The notes under the pieces are model-generated. The model had not been told where the DNA came from and made no database searches. It saw only the letters and a list, made by a program, of their open reading frames with translations. From NCBI GenBank assembly GCA_964016885.1, contig OZ024762.1, positions 27,652,001 through 27,716,000 on the forward strand: DNA of 64,000 nucleotides. The letters run 5' to 3'. Of this stretch, positions 1 to 13,634 are shown piece by piece; position 1 is the stretch's first letter; each line of letters begins with the position of its first letter. The stretch is from Eledone cirrhosa. Taxonomy: Eukaryota. Both the position numbers and the translations under genes were made by a program.

Positions 1-1180
1 ATCTCACATGTAGACGTGATATATCTTGACTTTGCGAAGACCTTTGACAAGGTCGACCACGGAATATGTCACAAACTACACGGACTCGGCATAACTGGAA
101 AAGTAGGTGAGTGGCTGTATGACTTCTTAAAGGACAGAAGCCAGACAGTCGCAGCAAACGGGGTCCTCTCAAAGGAAACATTAACAACAAGTGGGGTGCC
201 CCAAAGAGACAGTCCTGGGACCATTACTGTTTTTGGTGGCTCTATCAGACATGCCCTCTGTAGTACATACAACAACATCCCTCACTAGCTATGCTGATGA
301 CACTAAGGTAGCACAGGAAATCAAAAACCCGTCTGACGCTGCCCTTTTACAACAAGATCTGGATGCCATATACAAGTGGGCGGAAGAAAACAACATGTAG
401 TTTAATGCTGGCAAATTCCAAGCCCTACAATACAAACCTGCAAACACAAATACAGTACAACACAGTTACGCAGGACCAGGAGGGATCGATATCCCCGTGT
501 CAAAATCGATACGAGACCTGGGTATAGACATGAGCGATGATGCATCTTCTTCCTCACACAGCATGAAAGTGGCGACAATGTGCAGACGACTCGCTGGCTG
601 GATCTTGAGTACTTTCCGGACAAGAGACCGAGACACCATCTTGACACTATGGAGGACATTTGTCCTAAGCCGCCTGGACTATTGCTCCCAGTTGTCGTCA
701 TCCCATAGTGTCAAACACGGAGCTTGAGGCAATCCAGCGAAGCTACACGAAGAGGATTGCCACGATGAAGGAAAATCCTGGAGGGACTAGCACCAAACTT
801 TGGCATTGGGAGCTGGACCAACCGTCGAACAGGACGTCACTGTGTGGTGCCACTGTGTCTTCCACATCTAGAATAAGGAGCAGATATTGCAATAGCCTGG
901 GATTCAAGGCCCCTCAACTCTTCAACAAGCTGCCGAGGGATCTGAGAGATCTGCATGATGTGGAGGTGGATGTCTTCAAGAAACATCTCGACACCTTGTT
1001 ATCCAGGATCCCGGATGAGCCCACAGCAAGGCACGAAGGAAACCTAAGGGCAGCAGCAACGAACTCCCTCTTACACCAGTGGCCAACCTATACAGGCTGG
1101 AGATAAAATGTGTAGCAACAAGGGCGGTGCCCCAGCATGGCCTCATCCGGATGGCTGGAACAGGTAAAAGAGTAAAAGAG
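1..1180 (+). mobile_element. Degenerate CR1/Jockey-group non-LTR retrotransposon, RT and 3' part (cut by window start)
   Basis: Frameshifted ORFs 16-288, 191-400, 497-727 and 708-1106 give YLDFAKTFDKVDH, SGVPQ, VLGPLLF, YADDTK, LQQDLD, RDLGI, SRLDYCS and LFNKLP. Ends in a short AAAAGAGT repeat. Confidence 0.9.
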
Positions 1181-1309
1181 AATATATATGTCTGTCTGCG
1201 TGTATATATATATATGTCTATGTATATGTCTATGTATGTGTCTGTGAAGGGGTGTGGAAGTGGTGGCGCGTGTGTGTACTCTGTTGATTGTGGTTGGCTA
1301 TAATATATA

Positions 1310-1575
1310 TGTCTCTGTGTATATATGTGTTTATATCGTTGTGTATATATGTATATATGTGTTTATGTGTATATATCTTTGTGTATATATGTATATATGT
1401 GTTTATGTATATATATCTTTGTGTATATATGTATATATGTGTTTATGTGTATATATCTTTGTGTATATATGTATATATGTGTTTATGTGTATATATATTT
1501 GTGTATATATGTATATATGTGTTTATGTGTATATATCTTTGTGTATATATGTATATATGTGTTTATGTGTGTATT
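1310..1575. repeat. Minisatellite, about 40-bp unit (atatatctttgtgtatatatgtatatatgtgtttatgtgt), about 6 copies
   Basis: Direct tandem copies visible. Confidence 0.85.
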
Positions 1576-1731
1576 TGTGGGATGGGGGTTGGTGGATGTG
1601 GTGGTGTGTTCTCCGTTGAGTGTGGCTGGCTGTTCATACGTGTGTGCGTGTATGTGTTTATATATATATGTGTATGTGTGTGTGTGTTTATGGGGGGTAT
1701 ACTCTGTTGATTGTGTTTGTGTACATACGTC

Positions 1732-1788
<57 letters not shown>

Positions 1789-2009
1789 ATGTGTAGATGG
1801 GTGGGTGTGCACATATATGTGTGTATATGTGTGTTCGCGTGTACATATGTACACACAAACACATACAGACTTGGATATAAGTGTGTGTGTATGTGAGTGT
1901 GGGTGTGTATGTGTGGGTGTGGCTGGGTATGTACATATGTTCATGTATGTGTGTGTTTGTGAGTACATACGTGTGTGTCTGGGTGGATGTGTACATGTGC
2001 GTATGTGTG

Positions 2010-2515
2010 TGTATGTGTGTACGTGTGTACATATGTGTGTGTATGTGGGTGTGGGTAGTTGGGTGTGATTGGGGGGTTTGTGAAGTGTGTGTGTACAAAT
2101 GTGAGTGTATGTGTGTGTACGTGTGTACATATGTGTGTGTATATGTGTGTGGGTAGTTGGGTGTGTATTGGGGGTTTGTGAAGTGTGTGTGTACAAATGT
2201 GAGTGTATGTGTGTGTACGTGTGTACATATGTGTGTGTATGTGGGTGTGGGTAGTTGGGTGTGTAGTGGGGGGTTTGTGAAGTGTGTGTGTACAAATGTG
2301 AGTGTATGTGTGTGTACGTGTGTACATATGTGTGTGTATGTGGGTGTGGGTAGTTGGGTGTGTAGTGGGGGGTTTGTGAAGTGTGTGTGTACAAATGTGA
2401 GTGTATGTGTGTGTACGTGTGTACATATGTGTGTGTATGTGGGTGTGGGTAGTTGGGTGTGTAGTGGGGGGTTTGTGAAGTGTGTGTGTACAAATGTGAG
2501 TGTATGTGTGTGCAC
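2010..2515. repeat. Minisatellite, about 99-bp GT-rich unit, about 5 copies
   Basis: Repeating unit gtgtacaaatgtgagtgtatg...gggtagttgggtgtgtagtggggggtttgtgaa. Confidence 0.85.
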
Positions 2516-2735
2516 GCGTCTACATATGTTTGTTTGGAATAGTTGCTGTTTTTTAGAGCATAAGGTATTTTCCCTCCGTCACTTTCTTCGATGAGCATTT
2601 AATGGTTCTATGAAACGAATGATCAACCATCGTAAATGGAGCCTTCTCGAAATTCTCAAGCCGAATGAGAGTATGATGACACAATAGGGAACAAAACTGG
2701 GACTTTTGAATCATAGGTACAGGCAATTCTGTATT

Positions 2736-2804
<69 letters not shown>

Positions 2805-2809
<5 letters not shown>

Positions 2810-3542
2810 AGATTTGAATGGATACAGTTTAGTTGAAAGGAATTTATTGACACGTGTTTCTATAACAGTTACATAACCTAAAACAGCTGCTATCTACAAA
2901 CTTTTAGTTATGCAGACATTCAATATTTCAATGTTATTATTTACTGTCATTTCATCAGAATAATATTACTGAGGACCTATTTAGTTTTTATAGAGAATAT
3001 TAGGAGGGAGGGGTGAAGTTGTTAGAAGAATAGTTGAAGGAGTGGTTTTTCGATAGCAGTGAGAATTCTTGGTGGCAGTGAGTAATTAGATTCCCATCTG
3101 TTGTTTTGACATTTTTTATAGAATATATTATTGGTTATTTTTCTAAATCTATAGAAGGATTAGAGATAGTAAAGATATGCGTGGTTGGTTTTGTGTTTGC
3201 ACTTAATTAACATTCAGACTTAAATTTTTCTTTCAAGTGTACGTATCCTTTCACCCACGCATTCACACACAAATATATTTGCACACCTCTACAAAATACA
3301 TATACTCACAATTTACATATTCATACTTACATATATATACACATGCATACACATATATATACACACATGTATTCATGTACATACAATGTGTATACATTTT
3401 CATACTCAACTTATCTTTATATACACATGTATAGACACACACATATATACATACTTACTCTAGGCCATGTGTACACACATACACATACATACACATCCAT
3501 ATACACATATATACATACATATACATATATATATACATATAC

Positions 3543-3597
<55 letters not shown>

Positions 3598-4341
3598 TAT
3601 ACATATATATATACACATATATATAAGCACTTTAATACATGAATACACTTACATCTAACTATACACATCAAACATATATATATATTTACTTATTTATATA
3701 CATTTTCACATATATATATACATACTTATGGACGTTTTTAGACACATTCATTATCGCATATTTGCACCTATTCTCATCAGCATATCTTTCCATTATTAGT
3801 GTGGTAATTTAAGGTTATTAATATATGTTGAGAAGAGATTGTTTTTATATTTTTCTAACTAGATTAAGGTTTATATAGTTGGGGGATGTCCCTCTTTTAT
3901 GTAATATTCGGCTTGTAGTGGGAAAAAAGGGTTTTAGTTCTGTGACGGCAGAATAATGTTCGTTCAATTCTGTTATTCAGCAGTTTCTTCTTGTGTGTGA
4001 TTATGTAATAAATCTCAAGATTACACAATTTGCAGAAATTTTGGCTCCTGGAAAAGCTTTGGGTTTTAGCTAATTTCTCCCATTTTAGGGTAAACTTTTG
4101 ATCGCTACCATTGATCAATAACATTGAAATATTGAATGTCTGCATAACTAAAAGTTTGTAGATAGCAGCTGTTTTAGGTTATGTAACTGTTATAGAAACA
4201 CGTGTCAATAAATTCCTTTCAACTAAACTGTATCCATTCAAATCTTTCTATTTTTCTCCGGATTACTTTTAGAACTACAACTGGAACCGTCGAGCAAACT
4301 CTACGTGAGCTGATAATCTACTGTGTGTAATATTTATATTA
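2805..4341 (-). mobile_element. 5'-truncated Penelope-like element: GIY-YIG C-terminus, 3' pLTR and inverted pLTR with tail
   Basis: ORF 3897-4145(-) has LKWEKL...CKLCNLEIYYI...LLNNRIE...CRHR, like the PLE ORFs at 12561 and 53051. 2805-2938 is the reverse complement of 4117-4250. (TA)n on both sides. Confidence 0.8.
2844..2963 (-). ncRNA. Type I minimal hammerhead ribozyme with a long (about 90 nt) stem II region
   Basis: Minus strand: ttatt-CTGATGA-[about 90 nt]-GAAACACGTGTC-aataa. Palindromic stem III ACACGTGT, stem I ttatt/aataa. Confidence 0.6.
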
Positions 4342-4358
4342 CAACACAACGGAAAATA

Positions 4359-4407
<49 letters not shown>

Positions 4408-4825
4408 AATAACAGGAGGCTGGACTTGTGTAAATCCTTAAAAGGTTTACTATACTATGATGTGACCGGGTTCAGTATGAATCCGGTGACATTATCAGGT
4501 ATTCGAAATTTAACAAAGGAATATAATAGACAAAATCCATGGGGTTGAAAATCAGAGACAAGAGGGCGGCCGAACATTTAGCAGCTTCTACCTCGGTCAG
4601 CCGCCCTCTTGTAGTCACTACTTTAAAATAATAGCGCAAGGTCTTCAAAATGTTTTTAATTAAACATACAGTATATTACCAAATATACTATACACACATT
4701 CATGTATACATCGCTATTTCACAGCACCAATCCTAATATATATATATATACCAGTATATAGTAATATATATATATACCAGTATATAGTAATATATATATA
4801 TATATATATATATACCAGTATATAG

Positions 4826-4873
<48 letters not shown>

Positions 4874-5856
4874 ACCAGTATATAGTAATATATCCTCCTC
4901 CCATCCAACCCACACCAAACACTCCATAGCCTATCCCCAATTCCTCCGTCTTCGTCGCATCTGTAGCCAGGACGAGGATTTCGAAACCCATTCCCTTCGC
5001 ATGGCTTCCTGCTTCATCCAGCGTGGAAACCCCCCCCCCCCCCCCCACCTTGATCCAAGCTGCTCTCACCCGCACCCGTGAAACAGACCGCACCACAGGC
5101 CCTTTCACCTCACCCTCGCCCTCCCAATATCCGTGTTCCTTTCCCTCTCACCTACCACCCCAGCACCCTACCACTCCGGCGACATATCCCCCGTTCCTTC
5201 CGTATCCTCTCTTCTGACCCCATCGCTTTTTTCCAAACCCACCCATTAGTGCTTTTAAGCGCGCCCGAAACCTCCGCGACCTCCTGGTTCGCAGTTCATT
5301 TTCGTCCTCTCCCACGACTCCATCCGGCTCTCATCCTTGTTCCCGTTTCCGCTGCAACACTTGTCCCTTTATTTCCAACCTCACCACTCTTACAGGCCCT
5401 AACGGGTCTTTCCGTATCCGCCATTCCTTCACCTGCACATCCACCCAAGTGTCTATGCCCTCCGGTGTTCCCTTTGCGGGTCTTTATTTATCGGACAAAC
5501 GGGACGCCGTATGGCGGACCGGTTTGCCGAACATTTTAGGGACTCGGTTTGGATACTCCTGTCGCCCGTCATTTCTGTTCTCCTGGTCATTCTTCACTAC
5601 ATGTTTCAGTCCTGGGTGTCCTTTTACATCATGGATCACATGGCGCACCAGGACTGAACAAAGTCTGATTCACCGTCTTGGGTCCTATTCCTCTCTTGGA
5701 CTCAACTCACCTCCCCAATTTCTCTAATACACCATCCATTATCACACCCCTAGATTCCTATCGCTTTCTCTTTGCTCATAACTTCGTACTTACATGCACA
5801 CACACACACTTTTACTCACATAAACACACATATCTCTTCTTAGCTTCGTACGGACC

Positions 5857-5931
<75 letters not shown>

Positions 5932-5991
5932 ATGCTTACGCACGTTCTCAAGTATACCACTTTTTACAAATAGGTTTTGTCTTAATAACAG

Positions 5992-6073
5992 ACTTTCCTG
6001 ACGACGGAATGCTTCTCTATATCTTCTTCGGAAAATATATTTACTCCATTCCAGAAACTAATTAGTTGGAAGT
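5992..6073 (+). ncRNA. Minimal hammerhead ribozyme in pLTR copy 1
   Basis: actttc-CTGACGA-cggaatg...cattcca-GAAACTAATTAGTT-ggaagt. Palindromic stem III AACTAATTAGTT. Confidence 0.7.
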
Positions 6074-6513
6074 GATATTTTAGTAAGTAAGTTAATTTTA
6101 TAATTTTCTTATTTTACGTCTCTTATATTATTGTTCTGCAACCCCATGCATTGAACCACAATGTTATTAAGACAAAACCTATATATTTGCTAGCATTGAT
6201 ATGCATCTGTATGTATATATATGTTACTAGATATGAATTCTTTATTATTATCTCCAAATTATTTGTCGAGCAATATTGGCCATGACTGCTGCTACGGTTG
6301 TAGGCAGGCCGCTGTCTTATTAGCAAACCACTTTCCACTGATTGACCTCGATGTCACGTGTTCGATTCTTTTTGAATTTGCCACAGACGCAGAGGCAGTG
6401 AATTTCTCAATGGCTAGGAATTCAGTCCACGCTTTGCTATTTCCTATCCACTGAATTATTTTTTAATAAGTTTCCGGAGTCCTCGCTTTGCCTGGAAACT
6501 TACATGAGAATAG

Positions 6514-6595
6514 ACTTTCCTGACGACGGAATGCTTCTCCATATCTTCTTCGGAAAATATATTTACTCCATTCCAGAAACTAATTAGTTGGAAGT
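6514..6595 (+). ncRNA. Minimal hammerhead ribozyme in pLTR copy 2
   Basis: Near-identical copy of 5992-6073. Confidence 0.7.
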
Positions 6596-6781
6596 GATAT
6601 TTTAGTAAGTAAGTTAATTTTATAATTTTCTTATTTTACGTCTCTTATATTATTGTTCTGCAACCCCATGCATTGAACCACAATGTTATTAAGACAAAAC
6701 CTATATATTTGCTAGCATTGATATGCATCTGTATGTATATATATGTTACTAGATATGAATTCTTTATTATTATATATATAT

Positions 6782-6866
<85 letters not shown>

Positions 6867-6877
6867 AGTATATAACA

Positions 6878-6926
<49 letters not shown>

Positions 6927-7291
6927 AGTATATACCAATATATATTGATTAATGAAAGACTTGGCGAATGATGCAATCATACGGATGGCTTTATTTCTAT
7001 GGAGGTCACATCCCGTAAAATAAGACTAATTAATAGATTGTACTAAATACTAAATCTACGGGAGGGAAAATTAATTACTTATTGATACTGGCCAAACCAA
7101 CATTTATTCGTTTTATTTGGCATAGATTCAGTGAATAAAGATTTTATGGCCACAGATCGTCAGCCTGAACTAGCAGACGATAGAAAATTACGAAATATGC
7201 ATTGCAAACGACTTCCATACTCAGCGTCTTATTCTAACTTTTTCTTCTTCTTTCTGCACCTCCTTTTTCCCTCCTCTCCAATTTTACTTTG

Positions 7292-7317
7292 ATATATGCA
7301 TATATATGTGAGTGTGT

Positions 7318-7369
<52 letters not shown>

Positions 7370-7392
7370 ATGCATATATAAGTGAGTGTGTT

Positions 7393-7428
<36 letters not shown>

Positions 7429-7519
7429 GGTGTGTGTGTGTGTGTGTGTATGCATATATATGTGAGTGTGTTTATATATATATATGTGTGTGTGTGTGTA
7501 TGCATATATATGTGACTGT

Positions 7520-7587
<68 letters not shown>

Positions 7588-7610
7588 ATGCATATATATG
7601 TGGGTGTGTT

Positions 7611-7647
<37 letters not shown>

Positions 7648-7670
7648 ATGCATATATAAGTGAGTGTGTT

Positions 7671-7711
<41 letters not shown>

Positions 7712-7748
7712 GTGTGTGTATGTGTATGCATATATAAGTGAGTGTGTT

Positions 7749-7781
<33 letters not shown>

Positions 7782-7854
7782 ATGCATATATATGTGAGTG
7801 TGTTTATATATATATATGTGTGTGTGTGTGTATGCATATATAAGTGAGTGTGTT

Positions 7855-7891
<37 letters not shown>

Positions 7892-7912
7892 ATGCATATA
7901 TATGTGAGTGTT

Positions 7913-7943
<31 letters not shown>

Positions 7944-8060
7944 ATGTGTGTGTGTATGTGTATGCATATATAAGTGAGTGTGTTTATATATATATATATA
8001 TATATATATGTGTATGTGTGTGTGTGTGTGTGTGTGTATGCATATATATGTGAGTGTGTT

Positions 8061-8091
<31 letters not shown>

Positions 8092-8166
8092 ATGCATATA
8101 TATGTGAGTGTGTTTATATATATATATGTGTGTGTGTGTGTGTATGCATATATATGTGAGTGTGTT

Positions 8167-8226
<60 letters not shown>

Positions 8227-8246
8227 CATATATAAGTGAGTGTGTT

Positions 8247-8283
<37 letters not shown>

Positions 8284-8406
8284 ATGCATATATATGTGTG
8301 TTTATATATATATATGTGTGTGTGTATGCATATATATGTGAGTGTGTTTATATATATATATATATATGTGTGTGCGTGTGTGTATGCATATATATGTGAG
8401 TGTGTT

Positions 8407-8459
<53 letters not shown>

Positions 8460-8480
8460 ATATATATATACATATATATG
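7292..8480. repeat. Compound minisatellite: atgcatatat(a/g)tgagtgtgtt(ta)n(tg)n, about 18 units
   Basis: Fixed core with variable-length TA and TG tracts. Confidence 0.9.
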
Positions 8481-8674
8481 AAATATGCCGAGGTCATTCA
8501 CATATATCTCCTTATAATATATAACCAGCAATTTCTCTGTCTGTCTGTCCGACGCGTAGAGAGAGAGTGAGAGTGAAAGAAAGAGACAGACTACAAGAGG
8601 GGGATAGCGGGAGGGAGAGAGAGAGACGCTGGCAGAGGGGAAGGAAAGCTATGTCTTGCTGTCTGCATTACGAT

Positions 8675-8993
8675 ACATATATATATACACACACACACTG
8701 AGCGCGTCATAATGACGTAATGCAGACAGTCAGACATACAGACAGATATTTATAAGGGCGCAACGTTATATCTATGTATCTATCTAAAAAGAAAGACTAA
8801 GAATTATATAGAGAGAACGCTAAATCGCCTAATGCGGTCCCTAGGGCATTGAAAATTTGAAATAATTTTTGCTCAAAACACTCACAGGACCATAAGTATT
8901 ACATGTCTAAAGTTTGAAAACAATCGGTTGGATGGTTCTCAAGTGTTAGTGAGCTGACAGACAGACAGACATTCTCTGTTTTAGATATATAGA
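8675..8993 (-). mobile_element. Helitron-like 5' fragment, inverted diverged copy of 9030-9345
   Basis: Reverse complement begins tctatatatctaaaacagagaatgtctgtctg and aligns with mismatches to 9030-9345. Confidence 0.65.
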
Positions 8994-9029
8994 CTAGCAG
9001 AAAACCGCCCACGAGTGGTTTTCTGCTAG

Positions 9030-9719
9030 TCTATATATATAAAACAGAGAATGTCTGTCTGCCTCTCTGTCTGTTCAATCACTAAAACTCAGAACCACCC
9101 AACCGATTGTTTTCAAACTTTACACATGTAATATTTATGGTCCAATTGAGTGTTCTGAGCAAAAGAAAATTCAAATTTTCAATGCCCTAGGGACCGTATT
9201 AGGCGATTTAGCGATCTCTTTCTCTCTCTCTTAGTCTTTCTCTTTTTAGATACATATATATTACGCCGCGCCCTTATAATATCTGTCTGTATGCCTGGCT
9301 GTCTGCATTACGTCATTATGACGCGATCAGTGTGTGTGTGTATATATGTATATATAATGTGTGTGTATATATATTCTTATGCCAGGGAACATCTTCACAA
9401 ACCAAAGTATCATCTTTCTGTTTTCCTTCGGTTGCAACGTTTTTCGAAATATTTACATCTGCGTTCACAGATTGATTTTTTTATTTTAGTTTCAGAAGAT
9501 CCCATTAAGAGTAAAAGCAGCGATTCTTTGCTTAAATTTTAATATGTTATTTTAATATAGATATTCCTGTACAGATTTTTTGCATACACAAAAACAAAAT
9601 ATAAACAAACAAGGCCGGCGATTACATCAGTTAGTCTTAGAGTACTTCATACTGCTTTTAGGTAGAAGATCCCGTTAAGCGTGAAAGCAGCGATTCTTTA
9701 CTAAAACTTTAATCTGTTA

Positions 9720-9774
<55 letters not shown>

Positions 9775-9915
9775 TCGTGGACAGACATTTTTACATACAC
9801 AATAACAAAATATAAACAAACGTATTTATTTCACGAGGCTCGATAAGGATAAATATATATCAAATATATAAGAACCCTGAAGCACATCCCGAGCAACGCC
9901 GGGCCATTCTGCTAG
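9030..9915 (+). mobile_element. Non-autonomous Helitron-like element
   Basis: 5' TCTATATATATAAAA followed by gtct repeats. 3' hairpin cccgagcaacgccggg, then CTAG followed by T. Internal direct duplication about 9495-9610 / 9664-9820. Confidence 0.75.
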
Positions 9916-9981
9916 TATATATATATAAATATATGTGTATGTGTGTGTGTGTGGATGTATACATATATGTATATATATTTA

Positions 9982-10026
<45 letters not shown>

Positions 10027-10094
10027 GTGGAACACTGGAAGGTAATATCCGTAGTGGCAGAGCACTCAGTCCAAGGGACGAGTTAGGTAGAAGT

Positions 10095-10408
10095 GGTTAC
10101 ACAACAGTTAGTTCACCATACCGAGAACAATTGTTTCACTTTCGCGGATCTTCAGCTCGGGATGTGTATGGTTATAGGAACAGGAAGGACAACCGTACGA
10201 ACGCGCATGCGCAGAAACTCGGTCACTTCACACAGGCAATACTAGACTGCGTGCGGGGGATGTAAGGGAGATAACTGCGAAAGTTCGGAAAGTTTTTTGG
10301 TTGAAAATTAAATTAAAAAAATTAAAAATAAAATTACAAAGAATCAGTCCGGAGCCTTGTAGAACAATTGTTCTCGGTATGGTGAACTAACTAACTGTTG
10401 TGTAACCA
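10095..10408. repeat. Small element bounded by about 41-bp inverted repeats, within (TA)n/(TG)n
   Basis: ggttacacaacagttagttcaccataccgagaacaattgtt (10095-10135) versus its reverse complement with a 4-nt insertion (10362-10408). Confidence 0.7.
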
Positions 10409-10422
10409 ATTCTATATATATA

Positions 10423-10497
<75 letters not shown>

Positions 10498-10850
10498 TGG
10501 TATATATATATATGTATATGTGTGTGTGTATATACACACACACACATACATATACATATATACCCACACACACATATATATACACACACACATATGAATA
10601 TGTGTGTGTTTGTATATATATATATATATATATATGTATATGTGTGTGTATATATATATGTATATATGTGTGTGTGTGTGTATATATGTATATAAATATG
10701 TGTGTATGTATATATATATGTATGTGTATATATATATATAAGTGTGTGTATATATATGTATGTGTATATATATATATGTATGTTTATATATATATGTATG
10801 TGTATATGTATATATGTATATAAGTACACCCATATATATATACATCATTT

Positions 10851-10892
<42 letters not shown>

Positions 10893-10925
10893 ATATACAC
10901 ACCCATATATATATATACATCATTT

Positions 10926-10982
<57 letters not shown>

Positions 10983-11375
10983 AAAAATGGGGAGAAGAAT
11001 ACTGCAGGTTGCACATGGATAACATGTTATAAAATGAGTCCCTCATCAGTGATTTGCCAACGATCATAGATATTTCATTGCATTAAAAATCATATACCTC
11101 ACGTTCGGGCAATAATAACTAAATTAAGTTATTAGGACAATTAAAACGCGTAAAGCGAGTGAGACAAGTAAACAACAAAGAGGAAAGCTAACCGTAGATA
11201 GGAAGGGAACAAGCTACATAGTTATTCTGTCAGCATAAGCTGGGTGAATATATCAGCGCGTAGAAAAAAGACCTTTTGAGATAAATCCAAATGTAAGAAA
11301 GAAGGAAATTATATATATATATATATAATTTAAAATATTAACAAATGAAGATATTCACATAATCAAAATATATGC

Positions 11376-11438
11376 TTTATTATATATATTTCGAAGGTAC
11401 TGTGTTGTTTTTTTTTCAGTACGTCCTCGTCAGATAAA
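11376..11438 (-). ncRNA. Minimal hammerhead ribozyme in the 3' pLTR (degenerate partner at 22696-22758 + has CTGACAA)
   Basis: Minus strand: tttat-CTGACGA-ggacgtactg...cagtaccttc-GAAATATATATA-ataaa. Confidence 0.7.
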
Positions 11439-13431
11439 ATATATGATTTGATATATGACATACCTCTACAGTCTTGATATTTCAATTCCAGTATTGGCAG
11501 TGATTTATTTCATCACATCTCAACATTTATATACCACAAATAATAATATGACAAACTTAAAGAAGAAAAGGGCGTGGAGCGAATTAGCTGTATAAGACAG
11601 GGTGTGAAGAAGATGAGATGCAAGAAAAAAATAAGAAAAAGAAAGAGAAAAAATTAAAAAATACATATATAAATATTTAAATGAATATATAGATGAGTGA
11701 AATAGATGAAGAAATATATATAAAAAAAGAAGAAAAAGAAGAAAGAAGAAATAACGACTAAAGAAATTATGGTGGGGAAATAAGTAGAAAAAACCGTCGT
11801 TTTCAAATATTAGGTCAATTCGAGGCAACCAATCAATTACCTTAGACCATTGAATATCTCTAGTATTTGGTTATGGTTAAGCTAATTATATTAATATAAT
11901 ATATCAAAATTAATCAATATACATAACTTTTCATAGCCGTCACATATTTATTTAATTAAAAATTTATATAATTTAATTTAACTTATAGATTTTAACCTCG
12001 GGTTTAGGTAATATATTCCGAAAGTATTTTGTTACAACTTTAAAAAAATATTAAACCTGTATTAAAATATATATTAAAATACATGCATATATCACCTTTA
12101 TAAAATCGTTTCAAATCTTTAATTATCATATAATTACAGGATTAAATTCTAGTTTTATTTACTCTCAAAAGTTTTATTTCGTTAATTTATATTTACTTCA
12201 GTAATTACAAATTATTAGAGTTTCCTTTTAAAGAAATTCTTATATTATTCAACTATATAATTTATGTCAAAAATTAAAATAGCAAGCTATATTCAAACAG
12301 AATAAAAATATTTACGAAGAATGTAAACAAAAGGAAGATAACTCGTTCGCCATATGTGAGCATTAAACACTATATCTACTCTGAAATCTAGTTATATTTC
12401 TAAACCATAAATCAACAATTGTCAAGTTAAATATTGAACTGTCCTGATCAAAACGTAGGATACAGAGACTCATAATGAAATTATTAAAATAGATAAAACA
12501 TCAATACATTATTACTCCGGTAAGACAAAAATTATAAATATAAATATATTTATAAAATTATTAATTGTCAATATTGTTTCGAAATTTGTATAATGCTTGG
12601 AATGTTTTACCGGTTCTATGTTGGCAGCTGCTAAATAATTCGTTCTTCTTGTTAATTAAATTGTCATAATTTGTAATTATCAATAGTCTCGAGATTGCAA
12701 AGATTGCAATTTGGCGGAATGGAAGCGTTACGATAGGAATTGGCAATCTTTAGCCGTGTCAAAGAGATGGAGTATTTAATATTCTTGTCCTTCAAAGACC
12801 ATATTAATTGTGAGTGGAGATGAACATTTTTTGTTTGGTTTCGAAAACGGAATTTTTATGATTGTACCAACGAAGCTTAAACCCAGATGAAGTCGCACCA
12901 ATGTAGTTATATATATTATTATTTGTCTTAACGGTGCATTTATATACTAGATTCTTGTCAAGGCAGTTATTTTGTAAGGGACATTCTGACTTCCTTCTAC
13001 AGTTACATTTCTTCTCGATGTTATTTCTATATCCTAAACTATTCATATTATTATTATCTAAAGGTGTTCTACTATTATTCGTCTTTAAGTTATTATTATT
13101 GTTATTCCCATTAAGTAATGTATTATTATTATTATTATTGTTATTATCGCTATTTATATGCTGGTTCAAATTAAGATTTTTACTATTTATTTTTGCTATA
13201 TTTTCAGCAATATTCATAGTTGTTGAATAAGAGAGTTTAACTGTGTGTCTATTGAAGATAGAGTAATATTTATGTGATCTAGGGAAGCATTTATCCAAGA
13301 CTTTAAAAAATAAGAGTGATAAAGGTGTTTTAATAGCTAAAGATGCTGGCGGAACATACCAAATTATAGATCTAGTTCTTATTTTTTTCCCCGATTTATT
13401 CCTCAAGTTGTTGTTTTTATAGTCAATATTA

Positions 13432-13550
13432 TGTTAGTTAACTGGAAAGTTTGTTGAGAAGAATATCAAGCCACTACCTGCAGCCTCAGATATTCAGGAC
13501 GTATCGGAGGGTTCTTGCTGTTCCCAGCAAGCATGCCTTTTGAAGCGTTC

Positions 13551-13551
<1 letters not shown>
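13432..13551 (-). mobile_element. Short 3' fragment of R4/Dong family A
   Basis: Matches 14990-15111 (GTLQKACLLGTARTLRYVLNI plus 3' UTR) and abuts (ATT)n. Confidence 0.85.

Positions 13552-13632
<81 letters not shown>

Positions 13633-13634
<2 letters not shown>

Larger units (their letters stand above)
4893..6771 (+). mobile_element. Degenerate Neptune-like PLE 3' part (RT thumb, CxxxxCxxC linker, GIY-YIG) with tandem pLTRs
   Basis: Hand translation: SSSHPTHTKHSIAYPQFLRLRRICSQDEDF (about 4893-4985), HPCSRFRCNTCP (about 5332-5367), YALRCSLCGSLFIGQTGRRMADRFAEHFRD (about 5454-5543). Direct repeats 5990-6250 and 6512-6771 each contain a hammerhead core. Confidence 0.85.

Noticed and set aside
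2585-11050. Weak hammerhead-like strings at about 2589(+), 4445-4498(-) and 11020-11050(-)
   Set aside because: Core boxes are mutated (cgatgag, ctgataa...gtaaac, ctgatga...ataac) and stem I is unconvincing. Not called.
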